A DNA stretch of 63,883 nucleotides, counting the filler, from Octopus bimaculoides (Eukaryota), in the NCBI RefSeq assembly GCF_001194135.2. It is 8 parts of 7 records of this genome, joined end to end, with 100 filler letters (N's around TTAATTAATTAA, not from the genome) between each part and the next. Parts side by side here need not be neighbours in the genome. Positions count along the whole stretch, not along the records: positions 11,254 to 18,032 come from NW_026330261.1; positions 18,133 to 36,190 come from NC_068991.1; 6 more parts are not named here. One strand, written 5' to 3'. Below the pieces are notes generated by a model. That model had not been told where the DNA came from and did not search any database. It saw nothing but the letters and a program-made list of their open reading frames with translations. This document shows positions 13,218 through 27,082 of the stretch, in pieces. The translations under genes were made by a program, and so were the position numbers. Position 1 is the stretch's first letter, and each line of letters begins with the position of its first letter.

Positions 13218-13743
13218 NNNNNNNNNNNNNNNNNNNNNNNNNNNNNNNNNNNNNNNNNNNNNNNNNNNNNNNNNNNNNNNNNNNNNNNNNNNNNNNNNNN
13301 NNNNNNNNNNNNNNNNNNNNNNNNNNNNNNNNNNNNNNNNNNNNNNNNNNNNNNNNNNNNNNNNNNNNNNNNNNNNNNNNNNNNNNNNNNNNNNNNNNNN
13401 NNNNNNNNNNNNNNNNNNNNNNNNNNNNNNNNNNNNNNNNNNNNNNNNNNNNNNNNNNNNNNNNNNNNNNNNNNNNNNNNNNNNNNNNNNNNNNNNNNNN
13501 NNNNNNNNNNNNNNNNNNNNNNNNNNNNNNNNNNNNNNNNNNNNNNNNNNNNNNNNNNNNNNNNNNNNNNNNNNNNNNNNNNNNNNNNNNNNNNNNNNNN
13601 NNNNNNNNNNNNNNNNNNNNNNNNNNNNNNNNNNNNNNNNNNNNNNNNNNNNNNNNNNNNNNNNNNNNNNNNNNNNNNNNNNNNNNNNNNNNNNNNNNNN
13701 NNNNNNNNNNNNNNNNNNNNNNNNNNNNNNNNNNNNNNNNNNN

Positions 13744-13781
<38 letters not shown>

Positions 13782-14683
13782 GCGCCTGTGTGTGTGATGG
13801 AATATGTGTGTGTCTGTGTGTTTGTGTGCATGTATTTGTACATATACATCTACAGTTATGTCTACGCATATCTATGCATATCCTGCAATGGATTACTGCA
13901 CCAAACTTGCCCGGTTTACCGGTTTCATCACTAATGTCACGTCCATGAAAAAAATTCTTCTGTAATACATGTTTTCACTTGCACTAACGAGCAACCTGTC
14001 ACATACGTACATATATATATACTTATATATTTATTTGCTTACTTCTGTGTATATTTCTATTTATTTAAATATGTACGTATCTGTGTGTATACGAGTTAAA
14101 TTATACCAACACATACACACACGCACAAAATTATGTNNNNNNNNNNNNNNNNNNNNNNNNNNNNNNNNNNNNNNNNNNNNNNNNNNNNNNNNNNNNNNNN
14201 NNNNNNNNNNNNNNNNNNNNNNNNNNNNNNNNNNNNNNNNNNNNNNNNNNNNNNNNNNNNNNNNNNNNNNNNNNNNNNNNNNNTATATATATATATGTTG
14301 TGTATGTACTTTTGTCCAAGTGCACATTCACCTGAGCAGACATAGTGGTGAACATCTACATTTCTATTTGCGCAAAACAACATTTCGAATGTTTTTGCCG
14401 TGTTTTTTTTTTTCTTTTTTCTGGGTTCTTTTTTTCTGTAAAGTTTTCCAACAACATTACATTAATGTCATGTCTCAGGAAAGAAGGAAATTTTTTTTTT
14501 TCTCTTTCTCACTTCCGACATGGAAATATCAAGGAATATCTCGATCAAGAAATTTTTTTCACATGTATACATACATTTACACACACACACACACACACAT
14601 ACACACACAAACACATCTATGTATATACGTATGCATATATGTATGTGTGTATGCAATTATGTAAGTAAATGTGTGTGTGTGTA

Positions 14684-14712
14684 TAGATAGATAGATAGAT
14701 AGATAGACAGAC

Positions 14713-14785
<73 letters not shown>

Positions 14786-14792
14786 GATAGTG

Positions 14793-14851
<59 letters not shown>

Positions 14852-14871
14852 CAGACAGATAGATAGATAGG

Positions 14872-14929
<58 letters not shown>
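14684..14929. repeat. (TAGA)n microsatellite, about 245 bp
   Basis: Direct reading; source of the YLSI-repeat ORFs. Confidence 0.95.
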
Positions 14930-14930
<1 letters not shown>

Positions 14931-15960
14931 ACACGCACCCACATATATATATATACATGTACGCAACTTTTGTATATTATGTGTGTGTGTGTGTGTGTGT
15001 CTGTCTGTCTATCTGTGTCTGTGTCTGTGTCTCTGTGTTTCTGTGTGTGTCTGTGTGTCTCTCTGTGTGTACGTGTGCACATATATACATAGCTATGTAT
15101 GTACGTATTTATACACACGCATACACACACATGCATATGTATATAGGTTGACAAGAAAGAAAGAAAGAAAGAAAGAAAGATTGGGTGAATAGATATAGAC
15201 AGATCGCATCACATATGTGTGTATGCATAACTTTTAGGTGTGTGTTTGTGTGTGTGTATGTGTGTGTGTGTGTGTGCGTGTGTGCATAAATATATAGAGA
15301 TAGATAGATGTACACACACAAACATGCAAAGACATATATGTATATATACACACACAAAGCATACATTCGTACACAAAGTCTATGTATATGTGCTTGTATC
15401 TAAGTACGAGTGTGTTTGTCTGTGTGTGTGTGTGTGTGCGTGAGTGTGTGTGTGTGGTTGTGTGTTTATATATATGCGCGCGCGTGTGGGTGCAAACGAA
15501 GTTGGTATTATATTTTTAATAAACATAATTTTAGACATGGCGTGTAAAATAGACAATTTTCTTAAACCACGCAGCTTCCAGCTTCCGGGGAGCCATCGAT
15601 CAGTTGCGATTGTTATTAACGCCAGCGTCCAGACTCACCTATAACCCTTTCTTTCCAAAGCGCAGTATAAAACATACTATGTGTGTATTTATATATATAT
15701 ATATATATANNNNNNNNNNNNNNNNNNNNNNNNNNNNNNNNNNNNNNNNNNNNNNNNNNNNNNNNNNNNNNNNNNNNNNNNNNNNNNNNNNNNNNNNNNN
15801 NNNNNNNNNNNNNNNNNNNNNNNNNNNNNNNNNNNNNNNNNNATATATGCATCTTGGTGTCACGTTTTAATAATTCATGCGGCCAGCATTTCACCCTTTC
15901 AGGGCACTCTCAATACCAACGCCCTAAGCTGGTCATACTGAGATTATATATATATAAATA

Positions 15961-16183
15961 GAGCGATGAGCTGGCAGAATCGTTAGCACGCTGGGCGAAA
16001 TGCTTAGCGGTATTTCGTCTGCCGTTACGTTCTGAGTTCAAATTCCGCCGAGGTCGACTTTGCCTTTCATCCTTTCGGAGTCGATTAAATACGTACTAAG
16101 GGTCGATGTAATCGACTTAATCCCTTTGTATGTCCTTGTTTGTCCCCTCTATGTTTAGCCCCCTGCGGGCAATAAGGAAATAG
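15961..16183 (+). mobile_element. tRNA-derived SINE family B
   Basis: gagctggcagaatcgttagc (A-box-like), gagttcaaattccgccgaggtcgactttgcctttcatcctttcgg (B-box-like and body). Confidence 0.9.
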
Positions 16184-16239
16184 TTATATACATATGGGTG
16201 TGGGAGTGCATCCATGTTATGCACACACACGCACACACA

Positions 16240-16270
<31 letters not shown>

Positions 16271-16291
16271 TAATTTCTGTTTTTCAGTTCA

Positions 16292-16625
16292 CTTATAATT
16301 AGACGATACTTCGTTGTGTGGATTTGGTTGATGGAAACTGAAGCAAGCATGTCATGTGTGTGTGTGCGCGAACGTGCGTACGTGTACGTGTGTGCACACG
16401 TGTGTGTGTGTCTGTGTCTTTTCGTCTTGGTTTGTTCTCTCCACCACTACTTGATAACCGATGATGGTGTGCTTATATCCCCGTAATATAGCGGTCCGGC
16501 AATAGAGAGCGATAGAATAAGTACCAGGCTTAACAAAAAATAAGTAGAGGTCGATTCATTCGACTAAAACTTCTTCAAGGCAGTGCCCCAGCTTGGTCGC
16601 AGTCTAAAGACTGAAACAATTAAAA
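16292..16625 (+). mobile_element. SINE family A, headless copy
   Basis: gtggatttggttgatggaaactgaag, internal TG microsatellite, then the tail ending ...gactgaaacaattaaaaga. Confidence 0.75.
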
Positions 16626-17533
16626 GATTGCTCCCGCATGGCTGCAATTAAATGACTGAAAGACGTAAAAGCATAAAAGCAACGAATATATATATATATA
16701 NNNNNNNNNNNNNNNNNNNNNNNNNNNNNNNNNNNNNNNNNNNNNNNNNNNNNNNNNNNNNNNNNNNNNNNNNNNNNNNNNNNNNNNNNNNNNNNNNNNN
16801 NNNNNNNNNNNNNNNNNNNNNNNNNNNNNNNNNNNNNNNNNNNNNNNNNNNNNNNNNNNNNNNNNNNNNNNNNNNNNNNNNNNNNNNNNNNNNNNNNNNN
16901 NNNNNNNNNNNNNNNNNNNNNNNNNNNNNNNNNNNNNNNNNNNNNNNNNNNNNNNNNNNNNNNNNNNNNNNNNNNNNNNNNNNNNNNNNNNNNNNNNNNN
17001 NNNNNNNNNNNNNNNNNNNNNNNNNNNNNNNNNNNNNNNNNNNNNNNNNNNNNNNNNNNNNNNNNNNNNNNNNNNNNNNNNNNNNNNNNNNNNNNNNNNN
17101 NNNNNNNNNNNNNNNNNNNNNNNNNNNNNNNNNNNNNNNNNNNNNNNNNNNNNNNNNNNNNNNNNNNNNNNNNNNNNNNNNNNNNNNNNNNNNNNNNNNN
17201 NNNNNNNNNNNNNNNNNNNNNNNNNNNNNNNNNNNNNNNNNNNNNNNNNNNNNNNNNNNNNNNNNNNNNNNNNNNNNNNNNNNNNNNNNNNNNNNNNNNN
17301 NNNNNNNNNNNNNNNNNNNNNNNNNNNNNNNNNNNNNNNNNNNNNNNNNNNATAATGGAAATGACTTCATAATATACTCTGCAGGCTTTCTATTTGTGCA
17401 TGTGTGTGTATATATATGTGTGTGTGTGTGTGTGTGTATGTGTGTGTGTGTGTGTGTGTTTGTGCATGTGCGTCTATGTTGAAACAATTGTAGTGTTATG
17501 CAATAAAGTTAGTTTTCTGTTAATCATATATAT

Positions 17534-17725
17534 GATGTGTATGTGTATATGTGTATATGTATGTATGTGTATATGTGTATATGTATGTATGTGTATATGT
17601 GTATATGTCTGTATATGTATATGTGTATATGTGTATGTGTATATGTATGTATGTGTATATGTGTATATGTATGTATGTGTATATGTGTATATGTATGTAT
17701 GTGTATATGTGTATATGTGTGTGTG
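17534..17725. repeat. Higher-order (24-nt period) TATG/TG microsatellite
   Basis: Repeating tatgtgtatatgtgtatatgtatg units. Confidence 0.85.
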
Positions 17726-17767
17726 CCTGTGTGTGTACGAGTGTGCCTTTGTATTTGTCATATACAC

Positions 17768-17960
17768 CCACCGCTTGACAACCAGTGTTGCTTTGTTTAC
17801 GTCCTGTAGCTTCACCGCGTTTCAGCAAACGAACCGATGCAATAAGTACCAGTGAGGAAGAAAAAAAACCTAAGTACTGCGATTGATCTGTTTCACTAAG
17901 ACCTATGAAGGCGGTGCCCCAGAATGGGCGCAATCGCATGATTGAAGCAAGTAAAAGATT
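17768..17960 (+). mobile_element. SINE family A tail
   Basis: accgcttgacaaccagtgttg...gaaggcggtgccccagaatggg. Confidence 0.7.
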
Positions 17961-17992
17961 CGATATATATATGGCATGAGAGAGAGAAATAG

Positions 17993-18032
<40 letters not shown>

Positions 18033-18132
18033 NNNNNNNNNNNNNNNNNNNNNNNNNNNNNNNNNNNNNNNNNNNNTTAATTAATTAANNNNNNNNNNNN
18101 NNNNNNNNNNNNNNNNNNNNNNNNNNNNNNNN
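18033..18132. other. Artificial scaffold linker
   Basis: 44 N + TTAATTAATTAA + 44 N. Confidence 0.95.
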
Positions 18133-19234
18133 ATATATATATATATATATATATACTTATATATATTAAACATGCACGCACATTCGTGTTTTGTTTACTA
18201 GTGAGTCTGTGTGCGTCTATGTACCTGTGCGTCTATGTACCTGTGCGTACTTGTGCATAGATGCATGTGTGTACATACACACAGAGGTTTTATGCATAAT
18301 GCATTTTTGCTTCATTTCCAAACCGATATGATTCTACTGACGAGAGCAGAGCGATTCCTAAATGTTTTACTTTTGTTATAATGGCAAAAGATTACGTGTA
18401 TCTGTTCATTTAAGCCCTAGGAATAAAGCATTATCGCAATGTATTTATATGTTTTATCTCTAGCACCGTTTTCAGAATGGATATAGATCTTGTAATATAA
18501 TGGCTTGGCGGTAAAGACGCATAAACGACTATGCACTGGCGTAATATTCTGTTTGATTATATTTCAGTGTTGCATTCGCCACCTTTTTGATATTTTGATT
18601 CGCAAATTATACGAATTATTTCTATGCAAATGTCTCTCATGTAACGTCATATTCTCTTATAAAACACATTATATTACATTCTGTTAGATTATATTTTATA
18701 ATAAATCCGTTATATCTCATTCTGTGGTATTATATTTCGTATATTCACTTATATATTCCCGTAGTCAATTGCATTCATGTACAATGCTCTCCATCATAGC
18801 TGCAATTGTGCTTATTATAGCAATTGATATCGATATGCGAAGCAGAATTACTGGAATAACTGAACGGACGAAAGGCATTGTAGTTGTTTAGCTATGCCGC
18901 TTTACATTCTGGGTTCAATTCCAACTGAAGTCAACTTTTTCGTTCATCGTTTTGCTTTCAAGTATTAAATAAGTGTTAATGCAGATCTTAAACTAAACCC
19001 TTTGTTTAAAACCTTTTCTTTGTTAAGTAATTTTGTCTAAGTGTTTGGTTTCATGTGTTAATCAACAGTAGAAGAACGGAACGCATGTAGTTCTTCATGC
19101 TGCTGAAAGTAGTTCCTCCAACCGAACCTTAAAACAGGGCTTGTAATTGAGTGAACTCTAAGAAAAGCAGTCGAAAACCTGTTAACATGGCCAACAGATA
19201 GAAGCAATAAGTTAAATTTTTCAACTGTGTAATA

Positions 19235-19373
19235 AGAAGCATGCTTCCCAACCTCATGATTCAGGGTTCAGTCCCATTGCGAGGTACTTTGAACAAGTAT
19301 CTTCTACTATAACCTCGGGCCGACCAAAATCTTCTGTGTGGATTTGGCAGACGAAAACTGAAAGAAGCCGTGG

Positions 19374-19452
<79 letters not shown>

Positions 19453-19638
19453 GTATATATATATATATATATGTATGTATATAGTCATGTGTGTCTTTGT
19501 GTCTGTGTTTGTCCCTTCACCATCGCGTGACAACTGATGTTGGTGCGTTTATGTCATCGTAACCTAGCGGTTCGGCTAAATATACCGACAGAATAAGAAC
19601 AGGGCTTAAAAAAATTCTTGGGGTCGATTTGCTCGACT
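19235..19638 (+). mobile_element. SINE family A
   Basis: gggttcagtcccattgcgagg head, (CA)n/(TA)n insert, tail to ggggtcgatttgctcgacta. Confidence 0.85.
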
Positions 19639-19708
19639 ACAATCACAAATTATATTTCACATCATCTCCTCAGATTTAACTACGTAACATACATTGTGTG
19701 ACACTTGA

Positions 19709-19742
<34 letters not shown>

Positions 19743-19945
19743 AACAATATATGAGTATATGCATATATATGTACATGTATGTACATACCTTCAACTACAT
19801 GTACATATAGATACATATCTGGGTACATGACGTTGCAAAAGAACATGGACAAAATGATAAACAAGGTACAACAAACAAGCAAGCCACACACAAACATCTC
19901 TTTCATCAGCTGCCACCATTATATATATATGCATGTGTACACACC

Positions 19946-19987
<42 letters not shown>

Positions 19988-22018
19988 TATATATATATAT
20001 GTATATATAAACACATACACATACTCATATATAAACACACATACATAGAAAAGAAGAGGAGAGAGATACGATAAAACGCACATAAACTCACTAGAGTACG
20101 ACTTAATCAAGTGTCACTCAAAAAGAGTGCAAAGAAAATTTATCCACATACAACTTATAAATACATTTGAGCTGTGATTAAAAGTCTCTATTGAAGTAAA
20201 ACATCGATATCATCATCATCATTATCACCATCATCATCATCGTCGTAGTCGTCGTCGTCGTCGTTGAATATTCATCTTCCATGCATGCATGGATAGGACG
20301 GTTGAGAGGAGCCTGCCAGGTACAAAAACACACCCATTTTTTGCAGGATTTTTACGTCTGGATGCCCTTTCTAACACCATTATGCAAACAGGCATTCATA
20401 TTCACAAACACACAAAGTTGTAGTCACAAAGTGTTCGTCAACATGAGCATAAGATAGAAAGACACATGGCCAAGTGTTTCAATGTGTGAGATCGATCTCA
20501 GACACCCAGGCCTGAGAAACGAAATCCCTACTCATACAACTCTACCTATGCTTCGCTGCTTTTGCGCTGTTATTTTTATAATAGAATCTCTCGCTTAAAT
20601 GCTTTGCATTATATTTTAACAGTGAGTTACTTAATATTCTAGTCTGGCCTATAGAAATCTGTTCAAACTCTTTCTGTCAAACCTACCAATTTCCTGAGTT
20701 GATATGGTGTCAGACTAACACTCAGAGGTCCATTGGTTATTAATCTGTGGCTGATAGAACTCTCTCTATGCAGTACCGTGTCTTACTCACGAAATGTAGC
20801 GAATTCAAATCAAAGCATTGAATAAATTCTCCTATGACCCAATTGATTATAGAATTTGTAATTCTGCCATTTTTATATCTCTGGGCGAATTTGCTTTTGT
20901 TACGGTTATATCTATTCGGACGCAGATGTGTAACTTTTTAATATAAAATTATTCGATATTTTACTCAGATTCTCTTCAATTGTTACATATCTTCTTTTGC
21001 ATCCAATACATTATATCAGAATAAATCTTTCATTTATTATTTTTTTTTATGTGTGTGTGTATGTGGGTTTTTGTACATTTATTTTCCCCTTCTCTATTCG
21101 ATAAAATAAAATTCAGAATCAAGAGGATTTTAAGCTTATTCTCCAGCCTACAAAAATCTTGCCACTTCTCTATACTGCCGAGATAATAATGGGCCTAGAA
21201 TGCCATTCAAACTTCTTTCAAGGGAAATGAAAGCGAATAAAATTACAAACATAGAGCAACTTCATTGAAAAGACGGGAATAAGAATGAGCTTCCAACATA
21301 CACTGAAACGAAAAACTAGCCGAATTGTATAAACGTATTCTATTTCCATTCGTTAGGAGAATTTCTACAAAGCAAATAATAAATAAGTCGACTATAAATT
21401 CATTTACAAGTGAAACAAAACGAAGATTGAGTAACCAATAAATTCCAACCGTATAGAATTCAGAGAACTTCAGAAATAACTACCAAAATATTTTAGTTCT
21501 CTTCAAGTCATATCCTGTGACCAATGCTATTTTGATATATGTAAATGTTATTTTTTTGTTTTGTTTTGTTTTTATAAAAAAAAGCAAAGAAAGACAGAAA
21601 GAAGCATTTGTAGAATAGTGTGCAGTGGTTTCCTCGCTATAAAGAGACAGGTTATGAATGAAAGTCTTTATGCTTGACCGGTGGTGCAAAAACTCAGGTT
21701 ATATGCGCTCGCACACACACACACAGATCTATATATAAATACAAACACACACATACACAAACACACATGCATATTTATTTAACTAGATGCATATTTAAGC
21801 ATACATAGACATTATATGTTATACGTATATGTGTGTGTATGCTCTGGAACGTGCTTGTTTCTATGCGTAAGGTGAATGGCATATTTCATTCTGTATGCGA
21901 GAAGACATCAAGCCAGAAATATCAAACTATGCATTTGTATGAAATTAAATTATTCCTGCTTGCTGCATTTACCATTTTATGTCCCCCAATGTCTGCAAAG
22001 ATTGTAATATCTATCTAC

Positions 22019-22083
<65 letters not shown>

Positions 22084-22944
22084 CAACTATCATTTATCAT
22101 TTTCTACGAATATTAATCATCTATATATTTGGCTCTCTCTCTCTCTCTTTATATATCGATATCTATATTTATCTTTACATACATATAAAAAGAGAAAGAC
22201 AATGGAGATGAAGGGGTAAAAAAGATACACCTATATGTGCGTACATACACTCACACACATAAATATACACAACTACAGATATATATATATATATGTACCT
22301 CTGTGTGTTTGTGTGGAAGCCAAAGAGGACGGTACAGCTTTTCTTTTAACTATGATATGTTTGAAAACTCGACTTAGTTCTAGTGTATTCGTTGCTGTTC
22401 AAGTTTCGTCTGTGGCTGCGCATCAAACCCTTATTAGCTCGTACATCTTTACCAACGTCCCTAATGTACGTCGGCATCATTTGCAAGCTGTGGATTGCTT
22501 TTTTGGTTTCTGTGATGTCCCTGTTATGACGTGCGACTCAGGTCTATACAGATTTTTCCGGCAGAATTTCACCGTTAGTGGGTCCGAGTTCTATGGATAT
22601 GCAATCATGCCGTTGGTATGTTATAAGTTAGTTGTATCCTTGTGTTAAGATAGAATTACTTCTCGAAATCAATCGCCTGGTTTTTGCAGAAAATTCCACA
22701 AATTCAATGATATCCAAGCCAGTTATATTTTATCGTAACTGGGGTGGTTAGTTGCACTTACTCCTTAGTTTTAAATGCAGAATGAGCCTACGAGAATCGG
22801 ACTTCTTTACAGAAGTATATGTATGTGTACGAGCGTACATGTGCGTACGTGTATGCGTGTGTATGTGTGCGTACGTGTGTGTGTTTGTGTTTCTGTGTGT
22901 TTGTGTGTGTGCGTGCGTGTGTGTGTGCGCTAATATTTTTTATC

Positions 22945-23597
22945 CTCTATCTTTTCCCTGTTTCGATCGTTAGACTGCGGCCGTGCTACAGCACCGCCTT
23001 GAAGAATGAATCGAACACGATGCTTATTTTTTTAAGCCTGACACTTATACTTCGGTTCTCTTCTAGCCGAACCGCTAGGTTACGGAGACTTAAGCAAACG
23101 AAAACCTGTGGGGGACAAACACAGACGCAAACACACACACATACGAGTTAGTGGGCAAATGAAAGAAAGGCACTCAACACATTTATTGGGAGTTGTATGA
23201 TTGGACCAAAACAGTTCCATTCAAATTCCTTGCTACTTAAAGTTCCAAACACGTGAAGCTTATCGTCGAGCAGTGGAACAAATTTTCACTGCCCGACGAC
23301 AAGTTCCACGAACTTTGAAACATAAAGCAACACGGAATTTAAATCATTCATACATACACACACACACACTCACACACACACACACACGTACACACACACA
23401 CACACACACACACACGCACGCACGCATATATATATATATGGTGGGCTTCTTTCAGTTTTCGTCTACCAAATCCACTCTAAAGCCATTGGTCGGCCCGAGG
23501 CCAGAGTAGACGGCACCTGCCGAGTGCCACGCAGTGGAACTAAACCCAGAACCATATAACGTGGAGCAAGCAACTTACCACACAGCCACGCCTTTGC
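22945..23597 (-). mobile_element. SINE family A tail (22945-23135) and head (23440-23597) separated by unique sequence and microsatellites
   Basis: Family tail and head occur in the correct order and orientation, with ~200 bp of non-family sequence at the position of the internal microsatellite. Confidence 0.7.
23252..23310. ncRNA. Candidate pre-miRNA-like or structured-RNA hairpin
   Basis: 27-nt arms cgtgaagcttatcgtcgagcagtggaa and tttcactgcccgacgacaagttccacg with 22/27 Watson-Crick pairs; all five differences are A/G transitions; 5-nt loop. Confidence 0.35.
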
Positions 23598-23604
23598 CCC
23601 CACC

Positions 23605-23635
<31 letters not shown>

Positions 23636-23659
23636 TCTCTCCATATAGCTGTGTGTGTA

Positions 23660-23711
<52 letters not shown>

Positions 23712-24313
23712 CTGAAAATTTCGAACATTACAGGATTTTCGGCCAAAATTTGACAGTTTGGGAAGAAAAAACAATAATCCTATCCAAAAATAAAGGTGTT
23801 TTAAAGAATGGAAATCTCATCAAATAGATTATACTTTGAAGGTAACAGTTTACTAAAACTATCCACTGCCAGGTTCCATCACGGCCTCAAGTCGGCCCCA
23901 GAACCCGGCACATGTTGTCAAGTGGTTGTTTCAATGTTAAAGTCCCAAAGTCGCTATTTAAAATGCATAAAATATTTCCGGTTACTAAAATCACAAATGC
24001 AGATATTATTATATTCCCTGCTTAATGTTATCAGCCTGGTATTGCTAACAGTCGAGTCTTGTTATCGAATCGCTTTTGTCCCAAACCATTCGCAATAAGC
24101 GGTTTCCCCTCTAAACACTCATATTCGTAGAACACGCTTACGCACACACACACACACGCGCACACACACACATACACACACACACGCGTGTATATGTATG
24201 TGTGCCCGTGTTTGTATATATGTGTGCGCTGTAGATAGATATTACATAAGCATATTTTACTATCTATTAATCTACACACACACACTCGTACACACATACA
24301 CTCATATATTTGC

Positions 24314-24404
<91 letters not shown>

Positions 24405-25235
24405 ACATGTTGTATTCCATATGTTCATTGTACATTAAGGCGAAGGGGTGAGGTAAGAACATTCAATTCAATCATGGTCAATCGAGCGTGAACGCTAGTT
24501 TATATGAACGCAGTGAGGATGGAACATTTTGCGTCGGATCTTTGATCTGTGAAGCATGTCGTATTGGAACAATGATTGATTTGGTTCAACATTTGCATTT
24601 TTACCAAATCGATCATTGCATTATGTATTTTCGCATTATTTTTAAACGCATGCCTCTTACAAGCCTCACTGCATATATGCGTGTAACAGGCTCTGTATAT
24701 ATACATATACGTGTGTGTTTCGGTGTGTGAATATGTATACGCATAAATGTTCCTGTCTAGTAATGTGTTTATGTTTAAATATCTATGTGTGAGTTTCTGT
24801 ATGTATATGTGTGCGTGTGTGCGTGCGTGTGTGTGTGTGAGTGTGTGTGTGTGTGTGTGACAGCGCTTGAGTTGAATTACTCATAAATCATTCCTCTGCC
24901 GCAAATGCTTTAGTAGACATAGAATACTAACATAAAAAGTTACACATGCGTATGTGTATATATATATATATATGTATGTATATAAATAGAGAGAGGGGGG
25001 GAGAGGGGGAGGAGAAAGGTAGACAGAGAGACAGAGAAACAGGCAGACAGACAGAAAAATTCATAGTTAGGAGGATACAGTAATACGAAATGTATATATA
25101 TATACATGTAGCACACACACACATATGAGTGCGTTTGTGAGCCTGTATTTGTGTGAATAACAATAATGATAATAATAATAATAATAATAATAATGATAAT
25201 AATAATAATGATGATGATGATGATGATAATAATAA

Positions 25236-25441
25236 TTTTTTTCCACTCTCGGCACAAATTTTTGGGAAGGGGGCCAGTCAATTAGATCGACCCCAGTACG
25301 CAACTGGTACTTAATATATAGGCCCCGAAAGGATGAAAGGCAATGTCGACCCCGGCGGAATTTGAACTCAGAACGGAGCGACGGGCGAAATACTGCTAAG
25401 CATTTCGTCCAGCGCGCTAACCTTTCTTCCACCTCGCCGCC

Positions 25442-25443
<2 letters not shown>
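25236..25443 (-). mobile_element. SINE family B embedded in (AAT)n tracts
   Basis: aaggatgaaaggcaatgtcgaccccggcggaatttgaactcagaacg...ctaagcatttcgtcc...cctcgccgcc is the reverse complement of the family head. Confidence 0.9.
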
Positions 25444-25511
<68 letters not shown>

Positions 25512-25512
25512 C

Positions 25513-25576
<64 letters not shown>

Positions 25577-27082
25577 GTCGCTCCTATTGGTTTAGAAATA
25601 TGAGTGTTTGAAGGAGACGATTTAAGGAGAGAAAAAAGAGATCGAGAAAACAGCTTCGAAAAATAAATGAACCAAAAAAAGCCGCATCTACTTGCAATGG
25701 ATGCTTGAATTTGAGTCCAGGTATGGTTTTTTTTTTTCTCTATGAAGGCGCAGTGGTGGCGTTGGAGATTTTGGATTTTTTCCAACGGTGATGATTTATC
25801 AGCAGTAACAAAATTAATGACTACCGACTACTATCTGTTCTTCAATTGAAAACATTTCCTTGTCTTTCTGATCAGAACAAATCCGAACAAAAATTGAATG
25901 GTTCAAGGAAAGATTTTTTGGGGTTTTTTTTTCTTTTTTTTTGTTTTCAGTATCCCAAATGAACTTGATCTCTCTATGTGATTTTGAACTAGACGCCACA
26001 AGCTAATATCAACATAAATAGTAACTTGTATGTACGTATGTGAAAGACCCCTACTCTTTATTTCGACATCTCTCCTGGAGAAAAAAGGAAAGCTTCAATG
26101 AGGAAAAGATATTAAAGAACATTGCAAAGTTTCCGCACATCTAAGATTTATAATGGCCTCCGATGAAAAATGATATTGTTTATCATATCAACAGTATGTT
26201 TTTTTCTTTGCCTTCTGAACACATTTTCAAATACAGATGTTGGCTGCTGCTTACCCGGATTTTAAATTCTTCCTCTAAATTCATTTCTAAATCATATAAC
26301 ACCTATGATATCCTTATCATTAACTAACGTAGATCTTTTGGGAGCAAACCGTTACGTTGATCAAGGAGTTGGATTTGTTCACTAAAAGGCTTTTCTTTTA
26401 CCTTAAGAAGCTTCATGTGCGAGCATCACTTAGCATAACTGTTAACATTGCTATTATGGTTGGCCGTAGCCGAGAACGGTAAAACCTTCCATCATGGAAT
26501 AAAGGCATGGGTCAGAGTGGATGGTAGGCTCTCTGAACCCCTACTGAGAGAGGTACCTACGGTTTCCCCATCTCTGCAAATCACTGTAAGTAACTAGTTA
26601 CATGAAAAGACCACATGCTTGTTGCTCGTATTTAACCGTATTTAACAGAATTTTCAAGTGATGCCGTTGCTCAAGTATGAGTTGCAGCCATCATGTATAT
26701 ATGTATGCGCACATGCATTTATANNNNNNNNNNNNNNNNNNNNNNNNNNNNNNNNNNNNNNNNNNNNNNNNNNNNNNNNNNNNNNNNNNNNNNNNNNNNN
26801 NNNNNNNNNNNNNNNNNNNNNNNNNNNNNNNNNNNNNNNNNNNNNNNNNNNNNNNNNNNNNNNNNNNNNNNNNNNNNNNNNNNNNNNNNNNNNNNNNNNN
26901 NNNNNNNATATATATATATATACGTATATGTGTGTGTGCGTGTGTGTATATGTGTGTGTGTAATACATGTGTACGTATACATGGATGGATGGATAAATTA
27001 ATGGAGATACAGATCAATAGATTGATAGATGGAGAGATGAAATTATATATTTTTCGTATTTCAGTATGTTGTTCTTGATTCA

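Noticed and set aside
20791-20900. Consensus minus-strand donor gtgagtaag with a short open frame upstream
   Set aside because: No convincing acceptor and no recognisable peptide; such donors occur by chance
22235-22648. 137-aa ORF, and a minus-strand DITETKKAIHSLQMM segment resembling a PAS C-terminal motif
   Set aside because: No recognisable domain; the motif is too short and the splice signals too weak to support a call
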